Of a stretch of DNA of 50,982 nt, positions 13,265-26,853 are shown in pieces. The stretch covers positions 1 to 50,982 of the forward strand of contig JAHLWZ010000908.1 in NCBI GenBank assembly GCA_020536535.1, written 5' to 3'. The stretch is from Pelomyxa schiedti. Taxonomy: Eukaryota; Protista; Evosea. How positions within the stretch are numbered: position 1 is the stretch's first letter; each line of letters starts with the position of its first letter. A program made the translations under genes and the position numbers. The notes under the pieces are model-generated. The model did no database searches. It worked only from the letters and a program-made list of their open reading frames with translations, and was not told where the DNA came from.

Positions 13265-16200
13265 ATGGCAGCCAGGGGGTGTACTGGGGTTGTGTGCGGG
13301 GTGTGCATGGACATGTTCCGCGACCCGGTGGCGCTGGACTGCGGCCACACAGTCTGCCGCTCCTGTGCAGTCGCCGCACTCGTGCCCGCCGCCAGGCTCG
13401 CTCAGTTGCCTGCGATTTGCGCAGCCACAGTGACCAAGCCACCCGCGCGCGTCGGCGGGGGAGCACAAGTGGGCGTCGCGGTGCCGGGGCCGGGCCAGAC
13501 CAACGCCCCACAGCCGCGGTCATCAACGTCGTCGTCGTCGTCGACGACTGGGTGCCAATGGGGCTGCTGCTCACCCGACGCAACTGGTGTGTCACTGTGG
13601 TCCCTCGTCCCTACTATTCGCACACCCCCACAACAAGCTCATTTCAATGCCGTTTCTTAATTGTACCCAAATAATACCTCACACAACACAGTTGAGATCA
13701 TGTGCCCGTTCCGGTGCACGAGGACAACGAGGACAACCATGTCATGTGACAACTTGAGACCAAACACCGCGGTCCTATCCCTCGTTGAATCCAGGAAAGC
13801 TGAATTGGTGTGTTCCGTATTATCTCTCTTTCAGGCGGGAACCGACAACGATTTCTTGAAAAAAAAAACCCCAAGCAGATGGAGACAACAAAACTGTGTG
13901 AGGTGCAATTTTGCTGTGAGGAACCCACAAATACACCATCTCCGGCCACGTGCAGATGTTCCTCATGCCGTGGAATGCTCTTCTGTGAGCCTTGTTTCAG
14001 GCAGCTTCACCAAAAGGGAACCTTGAGAGCCCACCAGGTTTTCGTCAATGGCACCATTACACACTCACAATCACAATCACATCAGGCAACAGAAATTCCA
14101 CCGCAAGGGAGGGGCTCTCCTGCTGTAACAATGTGTCCGCATCATGCAAACAAGGAACTAGATTTGGTGTGCTCATGTGGTGAGCCAATCTGTTATTTGT
14201 GTGAGAAATCCAAAAAGCACTCTGGTCACACAAGCGTCCCATTGGTCGACAGTTTTTCCCAGAAAGTCTCTGAACTGGAAGGTGTGGCCCCCCACCTTCT
14301 GCCTTTTCACCCACCTCATTCGCATCATTGGATTTATGATGCAAGCACAACCCTCTATCATTTCCCTGCTACCAACAGAACAACTAATTTAAAAATAGGA
14401 CTGAGCAAGGAAGTGAATGATATTTCTCAAAAAGAAGTTGAGGCCATTTCAAAAATAAACACAGAGCAGTTGTCAGTGCCAAAGGTTGAATGAAATCACC
14501 ACTGAATTGTGTAATTGTAAACACAAATAAAACACAGGTGATCACCGACGGTTGCACGTCAATTCTGTCCGATTTGCAGTTGATTCAGAGTGCCGTTGAG
14601 ACAAGGTGCAAGGAGATCACTGAAATGTCACAGGCACTCTCTGATGCAATGAGTTATGACCCATTTTCCCCTTCCTTGAAAACAAACAACCCAAAAACAA
14701 GAAACAAAAGCACACTACGCGTAAAACAACCACCACCACAATTTATGAACATGGGGAATCCCTCCCATCCTGACCACACCACACAGCACACAACCTGGGA
14801 GTTCAGTGCACTTCATTGGAGGCTGTCGTGAAGAGTCACCAAGCTCTGACTTTCAAGGTGAACCAAGTGGCCCAACAACAACCTCTGTATGTGGTGCAAG
14901 TACACTCGATACTCTCTTCATTCCTCTCAGACAAACCGTTTCTCCTGGTATGACCCTCCCTTTTTTTTTTTTTTGTAGACTTTCATACAGGACGCACACA
15001 GGCTTGAACCATGTGAACAAGCCAAGGGAGTCACGTGGAAGAGTGGACCACGTGACGAGGTGATTGGGATGATCAGGGGGTTTGGTGCAGTGACCAAAGC
15101 GAGGGTGCCAAACACACCCAGTGGTGGCAGGGCTCCAACATGCACAAGGCCGCCATCGTCAACAACAACAATCACAGTCCAGTGGGACCAACCTGCACCC
15201 CTCCTCAATCAGACCCAAATGGAACAAGTGGTGGGTTACATGATAATCATCTTCCCCTCAAATGTTGGTTCTGCTTCATCACCAACAGAAGGAAGAGTGG
15301 TGATTGAGGTGAATGGGAAGGAGACAAACAAGTGTAATGTGACAGTGGACTCCAAAAACGAGGTGAGTGTTGCGGTTTGCGCAGTGAGCCTCGTTGGATC
15401 ATCTGCGCCAACACAGCGCGCCATTGTTTCTTCACTCCCACCACCACCAGCACCAGCAACAGCAACAGCAACAACAACAACAACAACAATACCAGCGACG
15501 AGGGAGGTTGAGGTGTTTGCATGGGGTGCCGCCGGCGGCGCAGCCAACACCTACAAAATGGCAGGCGGCCCAGGGGGGTTCAGCACAGCCAGGATGGTGG
15601 TCAAGACCGGCGCACAACTCACCATCATGGTGGGCCAGGGTGGTGCCGGCACTGTCACCCACCCAGGCTGTAAGGCACCGACGACGAGGAGGTCCTTTGG
15701 CGGCGGCGGCAGCGGCGGCTGCAGTGGTGGCACCAGTTACCATTGCAGTGGGGGAGGGGGCGGTGGGTGCAGTGCGGTGATGGTGGATGATGTGCCCCTC
15801 GTCGTGGCTGGCGGCGGCGGCGGCTCCGCGGTGGACTACCAAACGCACGGGTACGGGGGAGGGGGAGGCGGCGAGACAGGCAGCGCGGACGGGGACCAGC
15901 GCAAGAGGGCAACACAGGAGGCGCCGGGCGGCTGGGGCGACAACTCCCCGCAGTGCGGCGGCAAGTTCCGCGGCGGCGACGGCGCAGACGTGCTCACGTA
16001 CAGGGGCGACCACGGAGGCGGGGGAGGCGGCGGCGGGCTGTATGGCGGGGGTGGCGGGCACACGTTCTGCGGTGGGGCTGACACGGGGGGAGGGGGAGGG
16101 TGTGGCTACGTCGTCCCGCGCACGACCGCGGCCACGGCCAACACGAGGAGCGGCAGCGGGATTGTGAGCGTGATCAGCTCTCGCACCGTGTGCGGCCAGC

Positions 16201-16430
16201 GCGCCACCGCCATCAACACGCCCACGACGCCGCCCGAGACCGACAACGAGAACTACGACTACGACGCCGGCGCCTGCGTGGTGCCAACGACCAGCGACCG
16301 CCCGTTCGATGGGAATCACGGGTTGGTTGTCGTCGTGGTAAGGGGGGGCTACGCCAGGGACACAACACCCATAAGCCACGTCTACCTGTTCCACTACACT
16401 GGTAAGAACCAGTCTCTTGTTATAAATTAG
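13265..16430 (+). CDS. TRIM-like E3 ligase: RING + two B-boxes + coiled coil + FN3 + C-terminal glycine-rich (ALK/LTK GRD-like) domain
   Basis: RING CGVCMDMFRDPVALDCGHTVCRSC...CPFRC. B-box1 CRCSSCRGMLFCEPCFRQLHQKGTLRAH. B-box2 CPHHANKELDLVCSCGEPICYLCEKSKKHSGH. FN3 (ITVQWDQP..VGY..VAVCAVSLVGSS). Gly-rich domain VFAWGAAGG..GGPGGFS..LTIMVGQGG..LVVAGGGGG. Confidence 0.85.
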
Positions 16431-16493
16431 AATTCCTTTTTTAATAACAGTCTTTTTTTCACGTCATTTCTATTCGAACCGAAAACCGCTCAG

Positions 16494-16747
16494 ATGTGGC
16501 GGTTTGTGGTGGACTTGGTTCGCAACTTGGGGTACAGCGTAGGGCTTATCATCGTTGGTTGTGTGGTGATATTTGCGTTCTCTTTTTCGTTCATTATAAT
16601 TGGGCCAATGATGATGGGGGTGGCAATACTCATTTATGGGTGAGCCCTTCACTTTTTACTTTTCCATACACCAATACGTTCTCCAGAGGTTTTTCTTGGC
16701 TTATGGCGAGATTCAGTGCCTTGAAAAGAAGGATTCACCTGAAGTAA
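16494..16747 (+). CDS. Small two-exon hydrophobic membrane microprotein (~68 aa), missed by the ORF track
   Basis: ATG at 16494 and a GTGAG...CCAG intron at 16640-16686 splice in frame to MWRFVVDLVRNLGYSVGLIIVGCVVIFAFSFSFIIIGPMMMGVAILIYGGFSWLMARFSALKRRIHLK*. Confidence 0.6.
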
Positions 16748-17211
16748 CCTTTCTATCAAAACACAAGGAATTGATTGGTGAATCAATTCAGCGGCAACAC
16801 AAGGACAACGTACTGGAAATGCCCAACCAAAGTACTTCCCTCCATTGTGAGTGTACTGACAGGGAGTGACGGATGTGTTCGTACTGAAGCAAGATAAAGA
16901 GGAAACAAAGTGTTTATTTATTTTAGTTGATCTGGTGGAGGTGTGGTGTGCGTTGCTTATAAGCCCAGGTTCTTCCATGAATTCCAGGTATTCAGTGGAC
17001 ACAGCACAGCATCACGTGTCATTGAATTCCCACAGTTGTCAGACTTCTGTGGGTCGCTCAGGGCCGACACCCTGATTCCCTTTTTCGGGAAGTCATCACT
17101 TTCACACCATTGCCTTTCTCTGTGCAGAGTACCCTCAGCCTGAGACCTAAATTTAATGGCAATCACTAATTCATTTTTTTTCTCATTTTGTTTTTGGCGT
17201 GTTGGGTCGCC

Positions 17212-19116
17212 ATGCAGTCGGAAAGCCCGGACCCAGGCCGGAAAAGAGACACCAGCCGTGATAGAGACAGAGATCCTCACCACGACAGGCACAGCAAGGA
17301 CAGAACGAGGAAAACAAGGTCCCGAGATCGCGACGACGACGAATACGACGACAGGAGCAAACACGGTCACCACCACGGACGAGACCGGTACCACAACAAG
17401 ATCCGAGGCACAGATCTCACCAAGAAATTCGACGCCGCCGCGCGAGATCCAGATCCCGCATCCACCGTAACTACGGCTGCGATAGCAACAACATCGCCTG
17501 CTACGACAGGCGAAATCGTGCACCGGAAATACGACAACGGCGAATATCACGGGGACGTCAAGGGAGATCAACGCCACGGCACCGGCACGTTCGTGTTCAA
17601 GGACGGCAGCTGCTACCAAGGCACGTGGATTGACGACACGAGGTGCGGAACGGGGACTCACACTTGGCCGAATGGAGACACTTACCGTGGGAGCTACGCT
17701 GACAACAAGAGGCACGGCCGAGGGGTGTACAAGTGGAGCGACGGCGGCGTTTATGACGGGCAGTGGGTGAAGGACGTGGAGTGTGGCTATGGGAAGCACT
17801 TTTTCCCTGATGGCTCGTGTTATGAGGGGGAGTTTCAGGGTGGAGTGCAGAACGGCGCCGGAACTTACACTTGGGCTAATGGGAAGAGGTACATGGGAGA
17901 ATGGCGTAACAACTGTTTGCATGGCAGGGGCGTGGACATCGCCTCAAGAGCGACAGGAATTTATGTTGGCGAATTTGTGGAAGGCATTAAGCACGGCAAG
18001 GGGACTTCTGTTAAACCGGTAGTGGAGCCACGAGCGGAAAGTGTTGATGAGGAGCTTCCAACATTACAAACAACACCTCTTCGCGCTTCTACCAACGCTG
18101 CGGCAGATATGACCAGTTCCGCAGCTCCGAGTGCAATTACGCAGGAGAAAGTCTCATCATTGCCATTGGCTCCAGCAACTATTCGCACCGGGGAATGGAA
18201 GTCTGACGATTTTACAGGTAGGGGCCATGAAATACTTCCAGACGGGTCTGTATATGTTGGCGATTGGAACCACGGGCGTCGCCACGGTCAGGGGATTCTG
18301 TTGTCATCTGATGGAAAAGTTTTCTGCGGAGAGTTCAAATCTGATGTGAAGACTGGCGATGGAGAAGAGTATGTTCCAAAGCATGGGTATTATTCAGGCA
18401 CATGGGATAGTGGTTCTCTTACTGGCAAGTCGCGTGAAGTACTTTCAGATGGCACTGTTTATATTGGTGATCTCGTCCGCGGAATCAGACATGGGAATGG
18501 AATTCTACTATCACCTGATGGCAGTTTTTATAGAGGCCAATTCAAAAATGGTCTGATATCTGGGGATGGTGAACAATATGTACCAAATCGGGGCTGTTAT
18601 GAAGGTCAATTTGCTGCTGGTCAAAGGGAAGGAGAGGGTGTGTGGTCAGGAAAAGATTCAACTTTCAGTGGGCATTGGAGGACTGGACTGCCCTCCGGAA
18701 AAGGTGAAGTTTGTTGGAAGGATGGCTCTTCATACCAAGGTGACTGGGTCAATGGCAGTAAGGAAGGCACCGGCACGTACAAGTGGCCCAATGGTGAAGT
18801 TTATACAGGCGAGTGGCACAGTAGTTACCGCACAGGTACAGGAGTGCATCACTGGCCCACTGGAGAAAAATATGAAGGACAATTCCTAATGGGCAACTTT
18901 CACGGCAAAGGGACGTTCTATTGGCCTGATGGAACCTATCACAGGGGAACATGGAAGAATGGCTTGTTGTCTGACGATGTTGCGGAGCACAGATACACTG
19001 ATGGGCGGGTGATAATGGCCATTTTTGCACCTGAATTGCCTGGAGCTAAAACTCGCCCAACAGGGATTCCACACCACCCAGGGAGCGCCGCACCAAGGCC
19101 AACAAACAACACCTGA
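17212..19116 (+). CDS. MORN-repeat protein (intronless) with R/D/H-rich N-terminus
   Basis: Roughly 19-20 repeats of the form Y.G.W....rhG.G...w.dG (e.g. YRGSYADNKRHGRGVYKWSDG). First ATG at 17212. Confidence 0.92.
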   Translation: MQSESPDPGRKRDTSRDRDRDPHHDRHSKDRTRKTRSRDRDDDEYDDRSKHGHHHGRDRYHNKIRGTDLTKKFDAAARDPDPASTVTTAAIATTSPATTGEIVHRKYDNGEYHGDVKGDQRHGTGTFVFKDGSCYQGTWIDDTRCGTGTHTWPNGDTYRGSYADNKRHGRGVYKWSDGGVYDGQWVKDVECGYGKHFFPDGSCYEGEFQGGVQNGAGTYTWANGKRYMGEWRNNCLHGRGVDIASRATGIYVGEFVEGIKHGKGTSVKPVVEPRAESVDEELPTLQTTPLRASTNAAADMTSSAAPSAITQEKVSSLPLAPATIRTGEWKSDDFTGRGHEILPDGSVYVGDWNHGRRHGQGILLSSDGKVFCGEFKSDVKTGDGEEYVPKHGYYSGTWDSGSLTGKSREVLSDGTVYIGDLVRGIRHGNGILLSPDGSFYRGQFKNGLISGDGEQYVPNRGCYEGQFAAGQREGEGVWSGKDSTFSGHWRTGLPSGKGEVCWKDGSSYQGDWVNGSKEGTGTYKWPNGEVYTGEWHSSYRTGTGVHHWPTGEKYEGQFLMGNFHGKGTFYWPDGTYHRGTWKNGLLSDDVAEHRYTDGRVIMAIFAPELPGAKTRPTGIPHHPGSAAPRPTNNT

Positions 19117-19261
19117 CACACGGCACACACTAGGTCAAACATAAACACTCCAAAAGGAAGAACATTGTTGTATTGAAAGTAAACCAAAAAGAAGTCTTTT
19201 TATTCATTCACCATGCTGATACAAAAATACACCCGGCAACAACCAGCAGTCGTTGTTTTTT

Positions 19262-22200
19262 TCAACTATTTGCTCCTTCAATGAAAGCCTGTAGTCGTTT
19301 CCGTTGTCCCATACTTAGTCCCAGCTCGCGCATGTCAGGGTCTTTTAGTGCAAGAAGTGCTTGGCCGTCAATATCCTCCACGCGGAATTTCTCCACAAAG
19401 GCCTCGAGGGATAGTGCAGGCAGGAATTCACCAACTTTGTTGACCGGCCATGTTTGAATTTCCCTAGCCTTGGGCCCACTGTTTGCTTCGACTTGGGGTG
19501 ATGATGGTGTTGGTGTTGTAGAGGAAGTGAGAGTTGGTGTGGTGGAAATAGGTGGTGTCGAGCTGGGTGAAGATGTCGAAGCTGCGGTTCCTTGTACCCA
19601 ACTGTTGTTTTTAGGTGGGGTTGGAGGGAACGAGTCACTTGCACCCGGCGGCTTGGGTGCCGGCCGGGCTGGAGCTAGAAATACAGACACACCGGGCCTA
19701 GGGGGAGGTGGTGACCCGGGGCTGCTTGCTGCTGTTCCATCCAGGAAATTTGATGGAAGTTCTTTGACCTGGTCTCCAAGCTGTATCACTAAAAAGAAAT
19801 GGGTTAAACTCTTTTGGTTTCTGAAGGGGGCATACATGTCTGTAGAGTCAAACAAACGGAACCAAAGTGGGGTCTAGTTTCTGGGTTATGTGCCCAACAT
19901 CGTGTTATCAGGCCTGACAACCACTCCGGATAGTCACGCGGGATATCCAATCGTAAGCCACTTGCCATTTCAATTGCAGTTATGTTGGACTCAACTTAAG
20001 AGAACACGGGCTTACCTCCGTATTCGCTCAGTAATTTCTGCAGTTGACCTGTGTAACCATGCTCTCTGCCGGGTTGCCATCTCCCACAACATTATTCCTT
20101 AAATATGTGAGAAGCGTTATGGAAGAAATCTAACCATAGGAGAAGACATCAACAGCCCAGGTGTAACTCCCATAGGCCATTTCTGGAGCTGAATAACTAA
20201 TTCGTTTCCATGAATAAACGAAAAAAAAGAGGGAAAAAACTGCACCCAACAGTTCCCCCCATAACTGTCTTCATCTGGGTAGTAGAACTATCCCGGGCTA
20301 TTCCCAAATCACCTAGTTTTTCAATTAGTTACAAAGAAGCAAGGCGCTGAGGGATACAAATTTTGATATCAGATTCGTCCCAGTTTTTTACGAGAACGTT
20401 TGCCGGCTAACAATGGGATGAGCAAATGAATAAAGGATGGAAAAATTCCACACTTTGAGATCTCTGAAATTTATGAGAAAAGAGAACATGAGTTCTTGTA
20501 AGGTACCTGTGAATAATATCCATCGTGTCGTGAAGGTACGCCATGCCAGAAGCGATCTATTAAATATAAGTATAGTACCTTTTAATTAAGATATATACAT
20601 TTGCTGCTAGTCTGATTAGCCTTGATATCGGGAGTTGATATTCTGGAGCATACAAATACCGTGTCAAATCTCCACCATCAATAAATTCTGTCACCATGTA
20701 CAATCTATTTTCGCCTCTCTGGTTCCCTTCAATAAAAGAGAATGCAAGCAATGGCGTACTTTAAAGAAGCCAAAAAATCCCAGGACATATTGGTGATTTG
20801 CTTTGTATAATCTCTCCATCTCGCGCATAAAACTGAGTTTATCTTCTTCAGTAAGGTGGCGAAGAAGCTTCACTGCATAAAAGGTGTTTGGACCAACTGG
20901 TTTGCATATTGCCTTGAATACTGCCCCAAAAGATCCTAATGTTTTTGCAAATAAATGTCACGTGGTATTTCCACGTTTTACATTAAGATTCTCCAAGTAC
21001 CTGAAGCGAATCCGTCTTCCTTGTGTAATGTAAGTACGAGAAATGAAGTTGTTAAGCCTAACATCGCCATTTATGATCTCAAAATCTGTTTCTTGCCACA
21101 TTCTTCCATTACGGTGTAATTCTTTTTCTATCGATAGTCGTGCTTGATATGCTATTGTATTGTTTATTGTCCTGATTACTGTAGTCAGCTGTTCCGGGGG
21201 ACAGGATATCTGATATTGCTTCCCAGTGTTGGTCATTACCAAGGCAGCTTTTTTCTTGTCACTGTTTGGGTGAGAATAAACTCCTTCATAGAATATCTTA
21301 CATGACTTTGGAGATCTCAGTATTTGGTATTATGCCCAGAAGTTCAGTACCTCTGTGTGCCCCATGAATACATAAAAAGAATTAAAAATTCGTACCTTTT
21401 CATTTGAATTTCACCAGCTAAGATAGACAGGGAACATTTGACAGACTTATATTTTCCAGGAAGAGTAACAGAAATGTTGTCAACGTTTAATTGTAGTTCT
21501 ATATACAGGAGAAAGAAACAATGCAGGAAAGTTAGATAAAACTCTAATAGAAGAAATATACGTTTTTCTGGAGCAGGGGCGAGCTCTGGTTGATTAACAG
21601 CAGGCATTACTTGTGCACTTGCTAACGGAGTTAGGTTACATAACAGACAGGGAAAAAAAGTACATGTAATTCCTGTGTCAGTGCACTGTGACAGTAACAC
21701 TATTTAAAAAAAGGTGCATTGTGAGTGGATGGAATCCTTAGGAAAGATAGAAGTACCAGCAGTATCCCATAGTCTCAAAGAAGAAGCTGAACCTGTGACA
21801 AAAGCACTTCCACTGACATGAAAATCGCAACACAAAACTGAACCCTCATGTGCAGGGAAAGTGAACACTGGTGCTTTGGCGATTCTTGTATCCCAGAGTA
21901 ATACAGTTCCATCAGTAGACCCAGTGGCCAATTTAGTGATATCATTTGGCAGGATAGAACAGCAATTAACTCCACTTGGATGAGCAAATACTGAGACAGC
22001 AGATGTGTCCATACTGCCCCGTGCATCCCACATTACAACATTTTTATCCTCACGTGAGGCACTAAAAACAAGTTGACCATCTGAACTCTCAAAGCGACAC
22101 CAGACAGCTCGCTGTTTGTATATGCTATTAAGTGCCCTAATAATCTCAGATTTTTCCACATCCCAAAGCAATATACCAGCACCAACACAGGCACCACAAG

Positions 22201-23187
22201 CCAAAGCATTCTTTCCGGTATCCAGTGAGAGTACACTGCAGGGGGCAGAAAAAGGGGATGTGGCATTACGTGGAACGGTACTTAGGGTTGCCATATGAGA
22301 TGCAATAGGATTGCTTGTGTCAGTAGCGTCATGTGAGGTATCTATACGCCATATTCTGATAGTTCCATCCTGGCAACCACTGGCTAACTGTACTATCGTG
22401 CTACTGGCACTGGACCCAATACCTCCACTGCTCCCACGAGGACCAGATGACGGGGGTCCATTTTGAATTGGGGTAGCACCTGTTGAACCAGTAGTTCCAG
22501 TTGATGAGCCTGTTCCAGTTGGAGTGCCAGATGTTGATCCCGTAGATTTAGGAAGAGGAGGTGTTGCCGTGGTTGAAGTTGGAGGTGGTAAAGTGGGAAG
22601 AGGGGAATGCCAAAGTGGTTGAGATGGGAAGAAAGAGCAACAGTTGATCCCCTTTGTTATTGGAGGGTGTTGTAAAGTGCACAGTTCAGGAAATTGTAAA
22701 GGACCACCAGTTATGTTCTTTCCAACTAACTCTTGGTTAGAGAGATATCACGAGATACAAGAATTTTCCAAATTAAGTAACACGGGGGGGGAACAAACAA
22801 AAAAAAAAAAACAAAAAGTAAAGTAGAAAATAACCCACAATTGGGAGCGGAACGAATCCTCAAGATTGGGCTGTCAGAGAGCCTCATTCCTGGGCCAGAA
22901 GCGATGAGGGAGCCGTCCCTCGAGAAGGCGACGCCGGTCACTCGGCCGTTCTTCACGGCGGGGGGGTAGAACACGATGGCGGACTCGGCGCCGACGGCGC
23001 GCACGACCATGAACGAGTCCGTCCTGCCCGCCGACACGTCCTCCTCGCTCAGGCTGCACGCCGCCCACGCGCCGTCGTGGGCCCCGCCGCGGTGCGCCGG
23101 CGACACCGAGACCTGGCACACCGAGTGCCCGACCTTGAGGGTGGAGATCAGCCCGATCGAGGCGGTGCGGCTGTCTGCTTGTCCCAT
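19262..23187 (-). CDS. WD40-repeat + TKL-type protein kinase + Pro-rich linker + SAM domain protein (multi-exon)
   Basis: WD40 repeats (LATGSTDGTVLLWD, SLRLWD). Kinase motifs SGSFGAVFK, AVK, HRDLKPANVL, DLG, APE, DVFSYG, WEM. C-terminal SAM domain WPVNKVGEFL..LEAFVEKFRVEDIDGQALLALKDPDMRELGLSMGQRKRL. Continuity as a single gene is inferred. Confidence 0.82.
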
Positions 23188-23555
23188 AGTCTGAGGTCTT
23201 GTCTTTATTAGCCGATTTTGTGTTTTTGGTGTTTCGGGCTGGCCGTACGGTCGTCTGTGGCCCTCGATTTTTTGAACAACAAATTTGTTCCCGGAACTAC
23301 TGTACGATCTGTTAGGAAGATTTAGGCAGTCCCTGTGCTGGGATCCATTGCTCTCAGCACTTTGGGGAGCAGATGTCCTCTACTGGATCCGGGGCTGTCG
23401 ACAATCTCGGGCGGTCCAGTCTGAAGGCGCAGTTGCCGTCATCACTGGGCCACGTGGTCCAAGATTAGCTTTGATCTACACAAGGCAAAGGAGGAAAAAA
23501 AAACAAAACCAAAGTGACGACGGTGTCGATTGGCCAGAAGCACTCACAACCCACA

Positions 23556-24169
23556 ATGAGGAAATTCGTTTTCGTTGCGTTGACCGTTCTTGTCATTCTC
23601 GCGGTTGTGAACGAGTCACTTGCCATCTCTAATCCCTGCCAATACTGCAAGTACTGCAATTTTTGCAAAGACTGCGACAGGTGCCCCTGCGGTAAGCTTT
23701 TTTTTCCCCCTACGAAACTTTGGCGGGCGTTTCGGCTTAAAACAAAAAAAAAAAACCTTCGGTTGGCGTATGATGTGATCCACAAAAGCACAAATGAAAT
23801 AGCAAGACACTCTTCACTCACTCGTTGTGTGCAATAGATTGGCAAGTCTGCAAGTACTGCCCATATTGCAAATACTGCACACTGTGCTCGTACTGTGACA
23901 CAATCTGCGCCGAGGGCGGCGTGGTTGACACCATTTCCTCGTGGGCAACTTACCTCACCGGATTCGGGGCAGCTGACACTGATGCCTCCAAAGTAGACCT
24001 CTCTGAAGTTGACAGTGACATCAAGAGCGATGCCGAGGACACAGAAAGGCGAAGGGAGATGACTACCAAGTTCCTCAGGAACAGGGCTCAAAAGAAGGCC
24101 GCTGCTGAAGCGGCAAATCCCGCTGAACCTGCACCTGCACAAGCACCCACTGGTGAAGTCGAATTATAA
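23556..24169 (+). CDS. Signal-peptide protein with tandem CxxC repeats resembling the Cys-rich C-terminal domain of HRC
   Basis: Signal peptide MRKFVFVALTVLVILAVVNESLA. Intron 23692-23837. CQYCKYCNFCKDCDRCPC|DWQVCKYCPYCKYCTLCSYCDTICAEGGVVDTISSW. Ends in EVEL*. Confidence 0.8.
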
Positions 24170-24308
24170 ACCATTTGACTGAGCTGTATACAGTTTTGCC
24201 TAAGCAACGATAATAAAATGAAGCTTCCTCTTCTATTGCCAAAATCCTTTTTTTTTACCATCCTTCGGGGCATAATAAATTTTTCTCTTTTGAAGATGTT
24301 GTTTCGTG

Positions 24309-26443
<2,135 letters not shown>

Positions 26444-26853
26444 TAAAACAAGGAAGGTTTTCTTCTTATTTTTGTATTGCGATCTTACGGTTCTTCAACC
26501 ATCATCTACCCTTTGACGGTTGTGATGTCACATTAGCCGGGGTTTCACTTGAATTTCTCGAATGTCCCTTTGACCCCTAGAATTTTCAGAGTCACGTTCC
26601 GCGACTTCCCTTTTTTCCAGCCCATCAGAAAATGAAAAGCGTTGATGGTATCAGACAGGTCAAGGAGAGCGGAAACATCACACAGTCACTACATAATAGC
26701 GCTTTAGCACACTAATGACTGAGGAACCCCTAGATCTCGAGATCCTGCTTGATCCGAGAGTTTCGGTCATTCTGAGAGATCTCTGCAGAAGATCTCTGCA
26801 GATCTTCTGTTGTTGTGTGGGTGTTGTGCGTGTGAAGGAGCAAAGACAGGAGG
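26444..26853. promoter_or_regulatory. Divergent promoter region (ALDH3 / membrane protein) with clustered AGATCT/GATC repeats
   Basis: Head-to-head genes. TAGATCT at 26731 and tandem AGATCTCTGCAG repeats at ~26777-26805. Confidence 0.45.

Noticed and set aside
15432-17922. Long antisense ORFs (15432-16394, 16957-17922)
   Set aside because: These are shadow frames of GC-rich sense-strand coding sequence with no independent motifs.
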